Shown piece by piece: positions 62,487 through 64,000 of a stretch of DNA of 64,000 nt. The notes beneath the pieces were generated by a model. That model saw only the letters and a list, made by a program, of their open reading frames with translations, did not search any database and had not been told where the DNA came from. This DNA is from Mustelus asterias (taxonomy: Eukaryota). The stretch's first letter is position 1. Each line of letters begins with the position of its first letter. The DNA lies in NCBI RefSeq assembly GCF_964213995.1, contig NC_135816.1:67704001-67768000 (forward strand). Direction: 5' to 3'. Both the position numbers and the translations under genes were made by a program.

Positions 62487-63683
62487 TTAGATCTGGAGGC
62501 CACACCGCTTCACAGCGTCTGGGTGAATAAAACTCTCCGTGCTCCCGCTGTCAAACAGACAATAAATCAAACGTTTGTTTACCTGTATGTCCATCATAGT
62601 CTTGTCGAGTCTGTGAGGCTTGGCCTGGTCCAGGATGATCGACGCCACCGTTGGTTCGTGAGCGCCACTGCAGGCAGCTGAGATGGATGATGATGACCCC
62701 TGCTGGTCATTCGCGGTTGGTGCCGACCAAAATGGCTGCTCCCATAGGTCGCACGTGGGCGATGGCGCCAAAATCAGCGACCCCTGGTGGTCGCACATCT
62801 CTTGCGACTCCGTCGTCTGTAATGGCGACGTCCTGGCCTGGCACGTGGAAGAAACCCTTGGCAATGCCGACGACGAGTCGCAGGCCGCACTGCTGTTCCT
62901 GGAAGTAAGTTTGGATCGACATACCTTCGAATAATGCCCCTTCTTGCCGCAGGCGGAGCACAACACCGCTTTAGCGGGACATCGCTGTCGAGTGTGCTTC
63001 ACTCCCCCACAGAAGCAACACCGCGGGCCGCCTGGAGCTGCTGCCATCGTCAGGCCCGAGTGTGGGCACGCCATCACGCAGCTTTTCGGACCCGAGGGAC
63101 GAGGTGGGATCTGCGACTGCTCCTGCCACGCTGTCTCCACGTGGTCTTCGGGATACATCGCTAGGCTTTTGGAGGCCGTTTCTAGCGTATCCGCTAGTTC
63201 TATAGACTTCGTGAGATCAAGATTACCTTGCTCCAACAGTCGGAGTCGGATATAAGACGATCCAATTCCTGCCACAAACGCATCTCGAGCGAGGTCATTC
63301 ATGTTCTGGTCTGCCGACACTGCTTTGCAGTTACAGCCCCTGGCTAGCTGTAGGAGCTCGCACGCGTACTGTTCCATCGTTTCGCCGGGCTGCCGTCGTC
63401 GAGTGGCTAAAAGATATCGAGCATGCATCTCGTTTGGCGGTTTAATGTAGCGCTTCTTAAGAAGCTCGAGGGCCCCTTTGTAGTCGGTGGCCGCACGGAT
63501 CGCTAAATATACAGCGTCACTTACCCTCGCGTGGAGGACCCGGAGTCTGTCGTCGTCCATGTTGACCACTGCGGAGGCTGCGAGGTAGTCCTGAAAACAT
63601 TTCGACCAGTGGTCGAAGGTGTTAGAGGCACCCGCCGCACGTGGGTCCAGCATAAGACGTTCGGGTTTTAACATTTGCTCCAT
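62487..63683 (-). CDS. gag: Gag (two zinc knuckles) plus N-terminal half of the protease, ended by an in-frame stop
   Basis: CFCGGVKHTRQRC and CSACGKKGHYSKVC; protease LFDSGS. Confidence 0.9.
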   Translation of the reverse strand: MEQMLKPERLMLDPRAAGASNTFDHWSKCFQDYLAASAVVNMDDDRLRVLHARVSDAVYLAIRAATDYKGALELLKKRYIKPPNEMHARYLLATRRRQPGETMEQYACELLQLARGCNCKAVSADQNMNDLARDAFVAGIGSSYIRLRLLEQGNLDLTKSIELADTLETASKSLAMYPEDHVETAWQEQSQIPPRPSGPKSCVMACPHSGLTMAAAPGGPRCCFCGGVKHTRQRCPAKAVLCSACGKKGHYSKVCRSKLTSRNSSAACDSSSALPRVSSTCQARTSPLQTTESQEMCDHQGSLILAPSPTCDLWEQPFWSAPTANDQQGSSSSISAACSGAHEPTVASIILDQAKPHRLDKTMMDIQVNKRLIYCLFDSGSTESFIHPDAVKRCGLQI

Positions 63684-63745
63684 ACTCTCTGTATCGTTTT
63701 CCTTTCTTTTTCAACGACGAGAGTTCAATTAATAGTAAATAAAAT

Positions 63746-64000
63746 TGATGCGCGATATAACTCACGAGGCTAGAGATGCTCGAGGAAATAAAGGCTTTTA
63801 TTTACTATTACAATGGAGCTACCATATATAATACACGATCCCAGACTGAGGGGTCCCAGACAGAGCAGTGACCTTTATACCTCTCCCAGGAGGCGGAGCC
63901 CGACCGTGATGTACCATAATAACTATAATACAGGTAGAACAGCCCAACCCTAACCCCAACAGTTACAAGTAGAACAACCCAACCCTAACCCCAACAGCAA
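63746..64000 (-). repeat. 5' LTR (partial)
   Basis: Matches 59307-59561 with 3 substitutions seen. Confidence 0.95.

Larger units (their letters stand above)
59307..64000 (-). mobile_element. Young, near full-length Ty3/Gypsy LTR retrotransposon (5' LTR runs off the window)
   Basis: LTRs 59307-59637 and 63746 to beyond 64000; PPT AAGGAGGGGTGAA; domain order gag-PR-RT-RH-IN. Confidence 0.97.

Noticed and set aside
62466-62489. Programmed readthrough in the young Gypsy element
   Set aside because: The stop falls inside the protease domain rather than at the gag-pol boundary, so a point mutation is more likely.

Overview
Eukaryotic, repeat-dense DNA, very likely from a shark or other elasmobranch (HE1-type V-SINEs, CR1/HER1-type LINE tails, Penelope-type hairpins). 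It looks intronic or intergenic, and I could not support any intact host gene. Most track ORFs are repeat artefacts. Main structures: (1) a decayed Gypsy element (about 21.1-32.2 kb, minus strand) split by a 6.84 kb insert (23667-30506) flanked by TGTACC direct repeats. The insert joins an intronless IFRD2-like 3' mRNA fragment to a retrovirus/lokiretrovirus-like gag-TGA-CTA-protease-RT fragment, a second gag/RNase H/integrase remnant and a single 3' LTR, and looks like capture of a host mRNA by a retroviral element. (2) A young, nearly intact Gypsy element (59307 to beyond 64000) whose primer-binding position is complementary to its own LTR, suggesting self-priming. (3) A PIF/Harbinger element with an intron-containing Myb/SANT-like gene, hit by two Penelope-like fold-back insertions, one carrying two hammerhead ribozyme motifs. 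(4) Two solo LTRs, many Harbinger-type MITEs, CR1 and Tx1 LINE fragments, several SINE families and a G-rich minisatellite. All family names come from motif recognition by eye; no database searches were run.
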